A stretch of 64,000 bases of DNA from Octopus sinensis (lineage: Eukaryota). This document shows positions 39,689 to 52,702 of this stretch, piece by piece. Both the position numbers and the translations under genes were made by a program. Numbering within the stretch: the stretch's first letter is position 1; each line of letters starts with the position of its first letter. The notes beneath the pieces were generated by a model that did no database searches, was not told the DNA's origin, and saw only the letters and a program-made list of their open reading frames with translations. The DNA lies in contig NC_043000.1 of NCBI RefSeq assembly GCF_006345805.1, positions 46,190,001-46,254,000 of the forward strand. Reading direction: 5' to 3'.

Positions 39689-39960
39689 ATATATGTGTGT
39701 GTGTGTGTGTGCGTGTATTTGTGTGTGTGCATGTATGTATGTATTTTATATATATATATATATATAATATATATATATATATACGACAGGCTTCTTTCGG
39801 TTTCCATCTACCAAATCCACTCACGACATTTTGGTTGGCCTGAGGCTACAGTAGAAGACACTTGCCCAAGGTGGCATGCAGTGGGACTGAACCCAGCAAG
39901 CTACTTGGAAAGCAAGCTACTTACTACTCAACTGCTCCTATATATATATATAATATATAT

Positions 39961-41043
39961 ATGCAAGAAGAAAGTGGAGGAAAAATAACATGAAGCTGGT
40001 AGTTTGCGCTCGTAAGCTGCTAATTTAATAATTAATAAAGAAAAGTGGTAGTAATAGTACATTTACGATCGTTTCTGTTTACCAGTTGTAGTGGTAGACA
40101 TCATCAGAATGCAGAATCATATGTAGAGGTAAGAAGTGCGAAAGACATAGGGATACATTCGTAACAAGAATAAAGACAAAGAATGGGGAGTCTTACAATA
40201 TAGTAGATTTCTTAGTTGATAATTCTGCTGCGAAGTGGATATAGGGTGGAGGTTATTTTGATCTGTAGTCCCAAGTTTAAGTAAGTGTATATATTCCATG
40301 TGTTTATTCTGGCTAGACTTTTCCCCGGCGGTGTAAAGAAAGGCAGTTAACTCTAATTCATGGTAAAAATGGGCTAACTCTATCAGGATAACTCATTCTG
40401 GGGTGAGTAAGGAATTTATGTGTCTTCGGGACTTAAAGTTGTAGGAAATTCGTAGTAATTGAGGAAGCCCTGTATAGGTGCAAAATAATTTATCATGGTG
40501 TGTGTAAATGAGTGGGGGTTGAGGTGAATGTTTGCATGTAAGTAATTTAAGTGGTTCCCGGCTAAATGGGATTATTTAGATGAAGATATAAGTATAGTAT
40601 TTGTACAGGGTCAAGCGGATTTACTGATACTTGGAAAAGACAAAGAGGACTATATGTAGACAAAAAATTATGTTCTCATATTTTCTATTAAAAAGAGGTG
40701 GTTTAGCCGTTAGGATTTCCAGGTATTTGGTTAAACAGAGATCACAATGTCTATTGGTAGAGTTGTAAGAAGTTGTTACACCATTTTAATCTATATTCTA
40801 ATTTTTTGTCCTTAAGCGCCCAGATATAACTATTAAGCCCTGTTGAATTTGCCTTACTCCTATTTCTGAAGCTAGATTGGTGTGCGTTGTACCTAAGTAT
40901 CATTCAGTTTTTCGTGGCTCCTATATAGGATTTTATATGGCTATTTGTGTGTATGTCACATTGGTAATTACCAGGAGCACCTTTAGATTTAAGTATCCCT
41001 TAGAGGTTTTTAACCACCTCTAACTTATAGCTACATAACTCAC
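39961..41043 (-). mobile_element. Penelope-like element 3' fragment, copy 2
   Basis: Near-identical to copy 1. Confidence 0.9.
40058..40113 (-). ncRNA. Minimal type I hammerhead ribozyme, copy 2
   Basis: Identical to 38704-38759. Confidence 0.85.
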
Positions 41044-41096
41044 ATATATGTGTGTGTGTGTGTGTGCGTGTATTTGTGTGTGTGCATGTATGTATG

Positions 41097-41138
<42 letters not shown>

Positions 41139-41829
41139 CTGAATATCTGTATGTGTGTACATCACTATACAGATTCATACATACAGATACTGTATATATA
41201 TGTCTCAACCTAATGTATATTCTCCATTGAGAGGCAAGATTCTGTAGTTTTCATTGAAGATAAAATTTCCTATTAATATACTGTGCTAAAACATCTTTAA
41301 TTGGAGGGAGAAGAAAATAATTCCAGCAGTAGCTAGCAAGAATGCTAGATGCTCTTTAGCTTTGTTGGCCCTTGTCGAAGGTGTATGTTCGTAGCTACAT
41401 GTCTAAATAAAATTTCTCTCTCCCCATACATAAGAAGCAGTGAAGAATACATTGATTGATATTGTGAATAGTAACTATGTGTTGTTGTTTAATGATATAA
41501 CCTCTGTTTCACAACTGCAGCCTTTCTATTGCCTATATCAGTCACTGGGCATTCACTATCAGTTCTACAGCCTCTTCCCAGATTCTTAGGGTACTCACAC
41601 ATATTTCTTTTATAATAAGACCACATCTGAGTGAGACCCATAAATTACGAATATTGAATAATTTCCTATGCCTGTGATCCTGTATAAATTCCTTATCTAG
41701 TAATCAAATGAAGACCCATCCCATGTGTGCTTTCACATTGAATGGTAAACCAGATGACTTTTTGGTGGTGCTTTCTCTCTTAGGTTTTGTTGTTGGGCAC
41801 ATAATCAATGCTACCAAAGCATTGTTATA

Positions 41830-42290
41830 ATCATCATCATCATCATCATCATCATCATTTAGCGTCCGCTTTCCATGCTAGCATGAGTTGGACGGTTCAA
41901 CTGGGGTCTGGGAAGCCAGAAGGCTGCACCAGGCCCAGTCTGATCTGGCAGTGTTTCTACGGCTGGATGCCCTTCCTAACGCCAACCACTCCGTGAGTGT
42001 AGTGGGTGCTTTTTACATGCCACAGGCACAGGTGCCAGACGGGGCTGGCAAACGGTCACGGACGGATGGTGTCTTTTACGTGCCACCGGCACGGGGGCCA
42101 GTCGGGGCAGAGCTGGCAATGGCCACGATCGGATGGTGCTTTTTATGTGCCACTGGCACGGAGGCCAGTCGGGGCAGAGCTGGCAATGGCCACGGTCAGG
42201 TGGGACTTTTTACGTGCCACTGGCATGGGGGCCAGGCGAGGCTGGCAACAGCCACGATCGGATGGTGCTTTTTACGTGCCACCTGCACGT
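41830..42290 (-). mobile_element. SINE family 2 with ~60-bp internal repeats
   Basis: (cat)n tail, gcccttcctaacgccaacc, four ggatggtgcttttta.gtgcca units. Confidence 0.9.
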
Positions 42291-43359
42291 AATAATATAG
42301 GATATATTTTAGATGTTTTTTACTGGAACTCTATACTAGGTGTTTTCAACACTTGGTGACAGCATGTCTGAAGTGACTTCAATATTGCCTAGTGCAATAG
42401 TCATTGCAAAACCAACAGTAACATTCTGGCCCATTATAAGCCATAACCAATAATGTATTGCTTGAAATTATATAAAACATATGTGCTTATATACATATAC
42501 ATAAATATACACATATTTTCATCCATGTATAAACATATGCACACGTATTTCCATTTTATATATTGCATTTAATATAAACATTTATATATATATGAAGCAA
42601 GTTGTTCATTGCTTGGTGTAGCTTTTAGTGCAAAACTATTGCTTAGATATTACAAATAAATTGCAGTCTTGAGATATAAGCTTAAAAGGTTATTATCATA
42701 GTGTGAAAACAGTGCAGTAACTGTAGCATAGTAATATTGTACTTCAGTATTATCTGGACGAAATCAATTTGTTTCCCACCTTTCAAATGCCATTTTTATT
42801 TTCTCTTTATTTCCTCTTTTTCTGCATATCTTTCATCAAAATAATATACAAATGTGTAAATATATTCTTTGAAGAAAAGAACTGTACCTCATTAATAAAT
42901 AAATGTCATTTGTATAAAGGTGTATTTGTAATTGTGCTTTTGTACTTTAATAAAGGGTAAATGAGAGGGGGTTTTATATATGTGGAATGGCAGAAGCTGT
43001 AAAATGGTGAACAAAATGACTTGCAATATTTAGTTTCATTTATCTAGGTTCTAATTTCAAATTCTGCCAAGGTTAAAATAACTTTTTATTTGAGGGACAA
43101 AAAGTGCAGAAGTCATTATATCCTTACAAGATGTGATTCAATATAGCATAAATACACATCTACAATCCAATACGCATGTACAAATATGTATATATTTACA
43201 CACACATGCATATATATATATAAATATATAAATATATAAATAGATAAATATGAATATATATATATATATATATATATAAGTATACCATCCTCATCATCAT
43301 TTAAGTTCGATTTCCATGCTCGAATGTGTTAGACAGTTTGACTGGAAATGGTAAGCCAG

Positions 43360-44118
43360 GTTCTAGTGTGAACGTGACCTGGGTGTTATTGTCGACAGTG
43401 ATTAGCATTGGACAAAACACATCGCTAAAATTGTCAAGAAGGCTGAGGGTGTCTTGGCATCACTCACCAAATCCTTTGTGAGCCACTCTCTGACTATCTA
43501 TCTGCGGCTTTATATAGCTATGGTAAGACCTTACCTGGAATTTGCATCACCGGTCTGGAACCCCTATCTTACCCAGGATATCAATCGTCTGGAAGCCGTT
43601 CAGCGACGTGCAACCAAAAGAATACCCTCCATCAGGCATTTGCCATATTCTGAACGTCTTACTTCCCTGGGCATGGACACATTGAAACTCCGACATCTGG
43701 CAGCTGACTTGGCAGACACCTATAAAATTATCAACCATCGTACAAACAATAACTCTGAGCACCTTTTCAAACTCCACCCATCTAACACCCGTGGACATAT
43801 TTACAAAGTCAGAAAACAGCACAGCTCCCATGACTTTAGGAAACATTTTTTCACACTGAGAGTTGCTGAAGCATGGAACAAACTGCCGGCATCAGTTGTT
43901 AGTTGTCGGAGCACTGCATCCTTCAAAACTTCCAAGCTTTCTGAGATTCGCCAACACTACACCTGATTTTCTCCCCTCCATACACACACAAGCATGTATC
44001 TGACTCATGCATTGTTTGCTTTCCAGACATTTGTACATTACTGCATGTGCTTTATATGCACTGTCTGACAAGTTGTGGTGCACCTGAGCACTGTATACAA
44101 TAATTTCATTATTATTAT
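43360..44118 (+). mobile_element. CR1-type LINE 3' fragment
   Basis: ERDLGVIVDS; ORF 43454-43966 LYIAMVRPYLEFASPVWNPY...LEAVQRRATK...TRGH...FFTLRVAEAWNKLP; ends in (att)n. Confidence 0.9.
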
Positions 44119-45229
44119 ATAGTCAGATTTGGCATGGTTTCTATGGCTGGATACCTTTCCTAATACAAACCACCCTGAGAGTGTAATGGGTACTTTTCAC
44201 ATACCACAGGCATGGGTGCCATTGAGATGGCACTGACAATGGCCATAACTATGATTTCACTTCACATACACACACACACATACACACACACATATATACA
44301 CCCAGTTAAATACAAACATATGTAAACATATAGTGATAAGGCTAAAGAAAAGCAGAGGGAGAGAGAGCGAGATGAGTAGTTTCTATTGTGAATGGGAGGC
44401 AGATAAAGAGAGAGTAGTGACGTTATTATCAGTTGATGCATTATTAGAAGTGAGAGGTGAAGAGAAAGAGAAAGAGAGACTATAATGACACAAAGAGGGA
44501 AATGGCATATTTAAAAATTTTGTTAACGTAAGAGGCAGAGTGAAAAAGAGAGAGAGAATTATAAAGTTTTTAATTTGTTATTCAAATTTGATATCATCAG
44601 AGTAGATAGGTACATGAACAGCAAGAAAAGTAGATATAAACATACAGCTGAACTAAACTGAAATGAAATGAAAATAATCTTATTTGGCAAACAACTTAGA
44701 CTGAACTTTGTCACCAGAAATTACTATGATGGAGGCAGCCATACAGGTGGAAATTCAGGTAGTGATGGTGGTGAGTGGATGATGAAAAGTGCAGTTTTTT
44801 TACAGAACAAATTTTTTTTATATTACTTATTACTTAACACAAGTGCATAAGTGCAATTACTTATTGACAGCTCGATCGAAAATTGATATTTGTTTATAAA
44901 ATATTGATGACAGATAATGTAAACTATCAAGAGAAAGAGATGGTATTGGCAATGATGTAAAGGGAAGCAGAGGGTCGAATCATTAGAACAAGGACAAGAC
45001 CAGCAGCATAGAAGAAAAGTATGTATCAAAGAGAATACAGTGAGTATTTACAACCAATAAGAGAATATGTTCAAGATAGAATAGAAAATAAAAATAGAAG
45101 ACGATGCCAAGAAGAAAAACTGTAAACATGCAGGTGTAAGTTACAACATTGGTGACATGCCTGATGCATTAGACTGGTAGTTTTAAAAAGCATGTGTGTA
45201 TGTATGGGTATAAATATATGTGTGTATAG

Positions 45230-45552
45230 GAGCACTCTGTTGATTACAAAGACGAGTGTCCCAGCTGGTACCATCAACAGAACAGCTTGCTCATGAAATT
45301 AATATGGTAGTGGCTGAGCACTCCACAGACATGTGTACCCTTAACGTAGTTCTCAGGGAGATTCAGCATAAACACAATGTGTGACAAGGCTGGCCTTTTA
45401 AAATACAGGTACTAATTTTTACCAGCTGAGTGGACTGGAGCAATGTGAAGTAAAGTGTCTTGCTCAAGGACACAATACATCGCCAGGAATTGAACTCACA
45501 ACCTTATGATCATGAGACGACTGCCCTAACCACTAAGCCATGCACCTTCACT
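45230..45552 (-). mobile_element. SINE family 4
   Basis: Same body as 28715-29022. Confidence 0.85.
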
Positions 45553-46010
45553 ATGGGTGTATACATGTATATGTAACATATAGTATAATTATAAACAGGG
45601 CGTATGCATGTTCATGACTTTGTGTTTGTTTCTCACTGCCTGTCAACTGGTGTTGGTTTATTTATATCCCTGTTAAGTAAATGAGACTGATTGGATAAAT
45701 ACGAATCACAAAAGGAAAGCAAAACAAGTAAGTACTAGGGTCAATATTTTGAACTAAACCTTCGAAGATGTCCTGCAGCATGACCACAGTCTAATGACCA
45801 AAACTAGTAAAAGAGCAAATGAGAAAAGATCATATAGCATAAGCTATTGTTCTTCTATGTATTCAACAAATTGTTATAACTATAAGAAGCAGGTAGATTT
45901 GTGAGAATAGTGTAGAATACTGAAATACCCTAGCATTGATTCGTATTCAGTTTAAATGACCTAAACCCTTCTATGCAAATTTTTGATCTTGTACTTATAT
46001 AACAAATAAT

Positions 46011-46226
46011 CCTTTCAACTATAGGCACAAGGCCTGAAATTTTGGGGGAAGGGGTCCAGTCGATTACATCGACCCCAGTATGCAACTGGCACTAAATTTA
46101 TCAACCCTGAAAGGATGAAAGGCAAAGTCGACCTTGGCAGAATTTCTACTCAGAATGTAGCTACGGGCGAAATACCACCAAGCATTTTGTCTAGCATGCT
46201 AACAATTCTGCCAGTTCGCCACTTTG
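46011..46226 (-). mobile_element. SINE family 3 with 15-bp TSD
   Basis: tatataacaaataat at 45996-46010 and 46227-46241. Confidence 0.9.
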
Positions 46227-46409
46227 TATATAACAAATAATACCTTAAAACTGGGTTAGTGAGATGGCAGAATCTGTAAAGAATTCAAAATAAATGCCTT
46301 TTGTTATTTGTTTTGGCCCTTTAGATTCTGAGATCAAATCCCTCAGGAACAAACTTTGCAAATCATCTCTCCATGGTTGATTAAATAAGTATCAGTCAAG
46401 TCCTGGAGT

Positions 46410-46638
46410 TTAATCGTTTAGTGCTTAAACCAGCCATATCTGGCCAAAATATTCTGCCTGCTTTATATTCAAAAGTAGCCAGATCTGGCTTCTCACACCA
46501 ACCCTACAATATCATTCAAAAACTTAACAGTTGCTTCATCAAAATCTCAAAGCTACAAAATAGTGCATGAGTAATTTGAAAGAATGTGCATAAATAAGCA
46601 TCACCTTTGACAAAATAATGCGAATGCTAAAGGATTAA
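46410..46638. mobile_element. TTAA MITE copy
   Basis: ttaatcgtttagtgctt ... gaatgctaaaggattaa. Confidence 0.55.
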
Positions 46639-47453
46639 CCAATTCCCAAAAATTACTGAGCTCATACCTAAATCCGAGGTTATTATTATTATTATTAATA
46701 AGGGTAGCAAGCTTATGGAATACTTAAAGCATCGTAAAAAAAAATACAGTGCAGTATTTGTTCCACCTCTTACCATTCTGAGTTCAAAATGCAATGACAT
46801 CAAATCTGCCTCTCAAAGTTTTTTTACTTGATGATGGAATATCAATAAAATTTAGTACCAGAATCAACAGTATCAACTAACTTTCTTCCCTCAAAACTTG
46901 TACCTTAAATTAGAAACAACAGCAACTACTACTACAACTATTACTACCACCACCAATTACTACTACTACTACTACTACTACTACATATAACTTCAAAATA
47001 TATGTTGATGCTTCTTTTCCCAAAGTACACAATAAATATTTGTAAAGTTTTGATTTCTTCTAGGACAAAACTGAACAACTTTGATTGATTATTCTGAGTA
47101 AATATGTTGCCAAAATTACTGATTAGTTTCTTCAAAGTTTGTTACATACGTATTCACTTTTGGGACACTGATGCTTGTAAATACAAGGTATAAACATATA
47201 ATTAACGTAACTTATTGTATTAACTTCGGTTTTTATCTGTCCTAGTATATTTGTCTGATACAGTGCAGAATGGTATGGTCAAGAAGTCTGCTACTCTGCC
47301 ACATGGTTTCAGGTTCAGTCGAACTGGTTGGTACTTTGAGAAAGGGTCTTCTACTAAAATGCCACTGACCAACCAAGACCTTGTAGGTAGAATCAGTAGA
47401 TACATATATATATATACACACAGACACACACACATACACACACACGCACGTGT

Positions 47454-47479
<26 letters not shown>

Positions 47480-47487
<8 letters not shown>

Positions 47488-47667
47488 GTAAATGGGGAAA
47501 GACCCACTTCGGTCATGAATGACCATGGGATTGCACTTCATTTCTACAGCTGAGTGAACTGGAGCAACGTGAAATAAGGTGTCTCACTCAAGAACTCAAC
47601 ACATAGCCAAGTTCAGGAATCGAACTCAGTACTTTGTGATTGTGAGCCTGATGGTCCAACCACTGAG

Positions 47668-47670
<3 letters not shown>
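47480..47670 (-). mobile_element. SINE family 4 variant
   Basis: actggagcaacgtgaaataaggtgtct...ggaatcgaactc...ccaaccactgagcc. Confidence 0.65.
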
Positions 47671-47741
<71 letters not shown>

Positions 47742-47804
47742 ATATATATATTTGTATATATATATATATATATTATATATATATATATATATTTGTATAT
47801 ATAT

Positions 47805-47838
<34 letters not shown>

Positions 47839-47840
<2 letters not shown>

Positions 47841-48559
47841 AGTAATACTAAGCAATAAAGGGTTTAGCGACGAGTTGCCTTACGACAGACCGAATTTAGA
47901 AATAGCAGTCAAAGAGTTATAGCTATTTCTTCTACTAAAAAGGGAGATCTCAGTAAAAAACACAGCAATTGGAAGGCAGACACAAACAGGTAAGAGAGAA
48001 TGAATTGACGGCAATCTATCATACAATTTTAAGTTATCTACGGACGCACGTTTCGAAATCAAGTTTTTAAGAAAGCATAAGAATTAAATATTAAATAATT
48101 CTACCTTACCCAAACTTCTTTTCTCTTCAGCGTAGAATACTATAATCATAAATGATTATATATTGAATTTTGAGATACTAGAAGGCACCAACTCAACTCA
48201 GTATCAGAGCGCGCTAGAATCCGCAACTAGTATCACCAAATTCAAAGTGTGAATGAAAAGATTGTGTCACCAGCCCCTAGAAGTTTGGGTAAGGTAGAAT
48301 TATTTAATATTTAATTCTTATGCTTTCTTAAAAACTTGATTTCGAAACGTGCGTCCGTAGATAACTTAAAATTGTATGATAGATTGCCGTCAATTCATTC
48401 TCTCTTGCCTGTTTGTGTCTGCCTTCCAATTGCTGTGTTTTTTACTGAGATCTCCCTTTTTAGTAGAAGAAATAGCTATAACTCTTTGACTGCTATTTCT
48501 AAATTCGGTCTGTGGTAAGGCAATTCGTTGCTAAACCCTTTATTGCTTAGTATTACTTA
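47839..48559. repeat. 281-bp inverted repeat with 159-bp spacer (PLE pLTR / retrozyme-like)
   Basis: 47839-48119 is the reverse complement of 48279-48559 with 4 mismatches found by eye; (TA)n tracts on both sides. Confidence 0.95.
48037..48136 (-). ncRNA. Type I hammerhead ribozyme with 69-nt extended stem II
   Basis: UCUACG-CUGAAGA-[GAAA...UUUC]-GAAA-C-GUGC-G-UC-CGUAGA; predicted cleavage between 48043 and 48042. Confidence 0.85.
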
Positions 48560-48655
48560 AATTTTCCTCGAATGAGGCTTTTACATGCCGAAAACTACTT
48601 GGTGTAATTGATAATTATTCCAAATTAATTAATTTCACCCTTCATTATTACGAAT

Positions 48656-48688
<33 letters not shown>

Positions 48689-48712
48689 CATACATATGTA
48701 TGTATATATATT

Positions 48713-48749
<37 letters not shown>

Positions 48750-51143
48750 ATATACACACTGTTTTTGTCTACCAATTTCGCAACTGACATATGCTACCAA
48801 CATCAGAAGCCTGTCATATATTTGTGTTTATATGCTAATGTTAGTGTGTTTATATTTGTGTGTCATTATCTTGATATCACATGGTTCTTGTAAACAAGTT
48901 TTACTATCATACAGGCTGTCCCATTCATTTTCAAAATTCACCAAAAGTAAAAAAAACAAAATTTGTCTGGCCATATGGAAATATTGCCTTCCCTGGAAAA
49001 AGTGAGGGTTTGTGCCAGGAAGGGCATCCAGTCACAGAAAACATACCTCAATAAGCTCTGTCCAGCCTATACAAGTATGGAAATGTGGATGTTAAAACTG
49101 TGATGGTGATGAAGATGATGATGATGACAATGACGACGACAATGATGACGACGACCACCACCACTATCACGATGATGACGATGATGATGATGACAACGAC
49201 CAATATGTTACATCTGGCACTTCACTCCATGTGATATTGTTGGCAGTGGGAAGTAATCACTGTTTGTCTGTCTTTTCAAACTTCTTTGGTCTACTATGAG
49301 ATGGATGATGATAGGATTAAATTTACTTTAGTAAATCTATAAAGAAGAGAGAAACCTGTTTCCTAATTTACAGAGATGACCTGTAAGCTATATCTGAAAT
49401 CCTATCAGTAATGTAATGTGATATATGCTATTGGGACCTGCAAAATAGCTCATCAAGTATTTTGTGAACATTCTTCAAGCTGAACACAAGAATGATTATG
49501 TGTATTTCAAGCTGGTCAACTGCCAGTTCAAAGTGATGAGTGTTCAGAAAATTTGGAAAATAATTGTGAACTGCCAAAAAACTACCAGCTCTCTTACGTG
49601 ATGGGAATTTTTCATTGAATCTGCATGGTGATTTTCAAAGGAAACCTGAACATGCATCTCACTGCTGTGAAGTCCATCCTCGGGCTTTTGTTAACTACAG
49701 GAAAAAAAAACCCACCAAAATAGCTATACCCCTGTGTCATCACCATTTTTGCCAAAATGAAATTGGAGTTGAAAAGATACTGCTTTGAGCCAGTAGATGA
49801 ATTTCAGATAGAATTTTTCAAGAGATTCTCTGGTGTTTTTGTGGTAAGGTCATACTATGTATTTTCCTTGAGGTACTAATTCAAAGGAGATAGTATAGTA
49901 TACTTACCTATGGTACCACACTCTGTGATAAAGCACCCATTTATATTGATGGTTAGGAAAATAAGAGAAGAAATTTGAAATTCTTAAAATCAGCTGTGAA
50001 ACAACTGATCTAAAGTAGATAAATGCAATGAAGCCAGAACAGTTCTGAATGATGGATTTATATAATTCAAAAAGGAAGTGAAATATTGGTAAAAAATAAG
50101 AGACAATTTAAAAGATTGAGAAATTTTGTATAGATAATAGTGAACAAGTCAGAAGCACCTTCAATATTATCAAAGTGAAAAGGAATTTGAAGGAGAAGGA
50201 AATACAAACATCAAATTTGTAAATTATCAAGCTGACAGGAACATACAATTGAAATTTCATTTTGGCATATACAGACTTGAAGACCATCAGACTGCTACTC
50301 AGCTTAAGACAGATTCATAGAACAAGCTTTGGAAGTATAATCAGTCACATAGTGTTGAAGACTGGAGACAATAACATTGTTGACAACTGTTATAGTGTTT
50401 CATACAAGTAACTGTTAAAAACATGCAATGATTAAATGGATCGGTCAACAAGCATGAAACTTAATGCAGTAATGAAAAAAAAAAATCAGTCAAGGATTAA
50501 ATGTGATCACAGAACAAAAACAAAATCAGAATTACTTTTTAAAGAACTGGATAAAACAGAAGCTGCAAAATAAGTTATAAAAATAGAAAATTAACCAAGC
50601 TGAACAGACAGGAATTCACTCAAAAATGGACAAGACTAACATTTTTGCTGCAAAGATATGACAGAATTGTGAGGAGTGATTTTTCCTAAGACACTACAAA
50701 TTGGTGAAATTAGAAAGAAGGTAAGGAATAAAGCAGTTAGATATATCAATTTTAGAGCTGTTGTGAATTCTATTTAATACTACATGACACTGTTGGATGA
50801 AATTTTCATACAAATGGTCCCACTAAAATCAAAATAAATAACAAAGGAAGACCAAGATGGCAAAATGTTTTCCAAAAGTTAGGAAAGCATCCAATTCACT
50901 ACTTTGCACTTACAACTTTATATTGCCATCATATCTCTTAAAACTACACAAAAATCCCCTGATGCTATCCAAATTTCTGCAGAAATTGCTCAAGTATGGA
51001 GTGTTATTCCTTTGCTGTATATTTTATTTCTATATAAAACTTTGTTTATTGAGTAAGAAGTGAAAACACTATACAACAATAGAAATGCCAAAATATTCAC
51101 ACCCCCACTGAGAATTTATCTGTTTTGTTCATTATTATTGCAG

Positions 51144-51199
51144 AATGTATCTTGGAAAAGTTCAATTCCAATAGAGTATGGAATTTAATGTTTGGGCTG
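51144..51199 (+). CDS. Probable host exon (CILEKFNSNRVWNLMFGL)
   Basis: Acceptor ttcattattattgcag, donor gtgaat; frame ambiguous (alternative NVSWKSSIPI with donor gtatgg). Confidence 0.4.
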
Positions 51200-52241
51200 G
51201 TGAATATCTGATCTTACCTTTACTAATAACATTGATTGAATTACAGAAAACTGCAAAACGTTGTAGAATATGGCAGATAAAGTTAAGGATATAGCTGGGA
51301 AACTCAGTCTTCATGTGCACCACATGCAACCGTAAAACTATGATTGGAAAGATTGTTTCTTGTAAAGAATCACCAATCAAGAACGAAAACCTGAACATAC
51401 AAGTTATAAAATGAGGCTCATTTATTTCAACAGTTCAGTTCTATAAAATTGTTGCAATTTATGAATCAAATTTGTGTGTCATTACAAATGGGTTCTTCTA
51501 GGTTATTGGCTAAGAAGAGGCTAACAGTATAGCAGTTATCTTGGAGCTCCAAGTTAATAGGCAAAAGGCAAGCAAAGTGTAAAATCACATAGCAATCAAC
51601 TACATTCAATTTTAAAAATATACAATTTCCCCAAATGATGTGAAGCCTCTCAAGATCAATAAAATAAGGTATAAATTGTTGCCTAACAAACTAGCTGCGT
51701 AGGAGCTGGTAATATATTATTGAAGAATTTGTTAGACTAAAAGTCAAATCTGAATTTCTATTTATCTATGTATGAAGTAGGTGTCTATTACATAGAATTC
51801 TAATCTAGAGAAGTAACAAAGGTCTTTAATTTGAGAGCTATATTTTTCTTGCTTTGGCCTAACAATTTCTTTGCTTTGGCAGTATTTTGGGAGTATAAAT
51901 CAATGATGTCCTCTATTCTTTCTTAGGAATACTAATGCTATAAAAATACTTATTATGAAAGACATTTATAGTAAAATAAACAGGACTTCTATTTTGGAAA
52001 ACAGAAAGCTGTCAACTGGCTGGAATACTGCCATGTGTGTGTATGCATGTGTATGGACATGGACACAGACAGACACACACACGGATGGAAATACAGGGAT
52101 AGGGTCACACACAGACATCTATATAAGTGAATATATATATGTATGTATGTCCATATGTATATATGCATATTTGTTTTACATATATGCATATACATGTATA
52201 TATACATATACATTATACTTACCTGCCTGTCTTTCTATCTA

Positions 52242-52288
<47 letters not shown>

Positions 52289-52474
52289 CGTACATAGCAG
52301 CGAGAGGAAAAATTTGGTTCCCAATCACATAGTTTTTGAGTTCAGTCTCACTGAATGGCACTTTGGAGAAATGCCTTCTTTTTTATAACTCCTGGGTGAC
52401 CAAAGCTTTGTGTAATAGAATTAGTAGACAAAAACTGAAACAAGCCCATCGCATACATATTACTATCATTATAA

Positions 52475-52702
52475 GGCTGTGAGCTAACAGAATCAGTAGC
52501 ACACCAGGCAAAATGCATAGTGCTATTTCGTCTATCACTACATTCTGAGTTCAAATTCCACTGAGGTCAACTTTGCCTTTCATCCTTTCAAGATTGATGA
52601 ATTAAATACCAGTGAAACACTGGGATCAATGTAATCAACTAGTCCCCTCCCACCAAATTTCAGGCCTTGTGTCTCTAGCAGAAAGAATTATTATTATTAT
52701 TT
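52475..52702 (+). mobile_element. SINE family 3
   Basis: ctgagttcaaattccactgaggtcaactttgcc...caggccttgtg...(att)n. Confidence 0.85.

Larger units (their letters stand above)
38400..41132. repeat. Tandem duplication, unit ~1355 bp
   Basis: 38606-39688 equals 39961-41043 apart from a few SNPs and indels; junctions lie in (TA)n tracts. Confidence 0.95.

Noticed and set aside
48569-48600. Second hammerhead as a functional ribozyme
   Set aside because: The core reads CGAAUGA and no valid NUH site or stem I is present; kept only as a relic
49374-49382. 9-nt microexon candidate (ctaatttacag|agatgacct|gtaagc)
   Set aside because: Good splice motifs, but such short matches arise by chance and there is no supporting evidence
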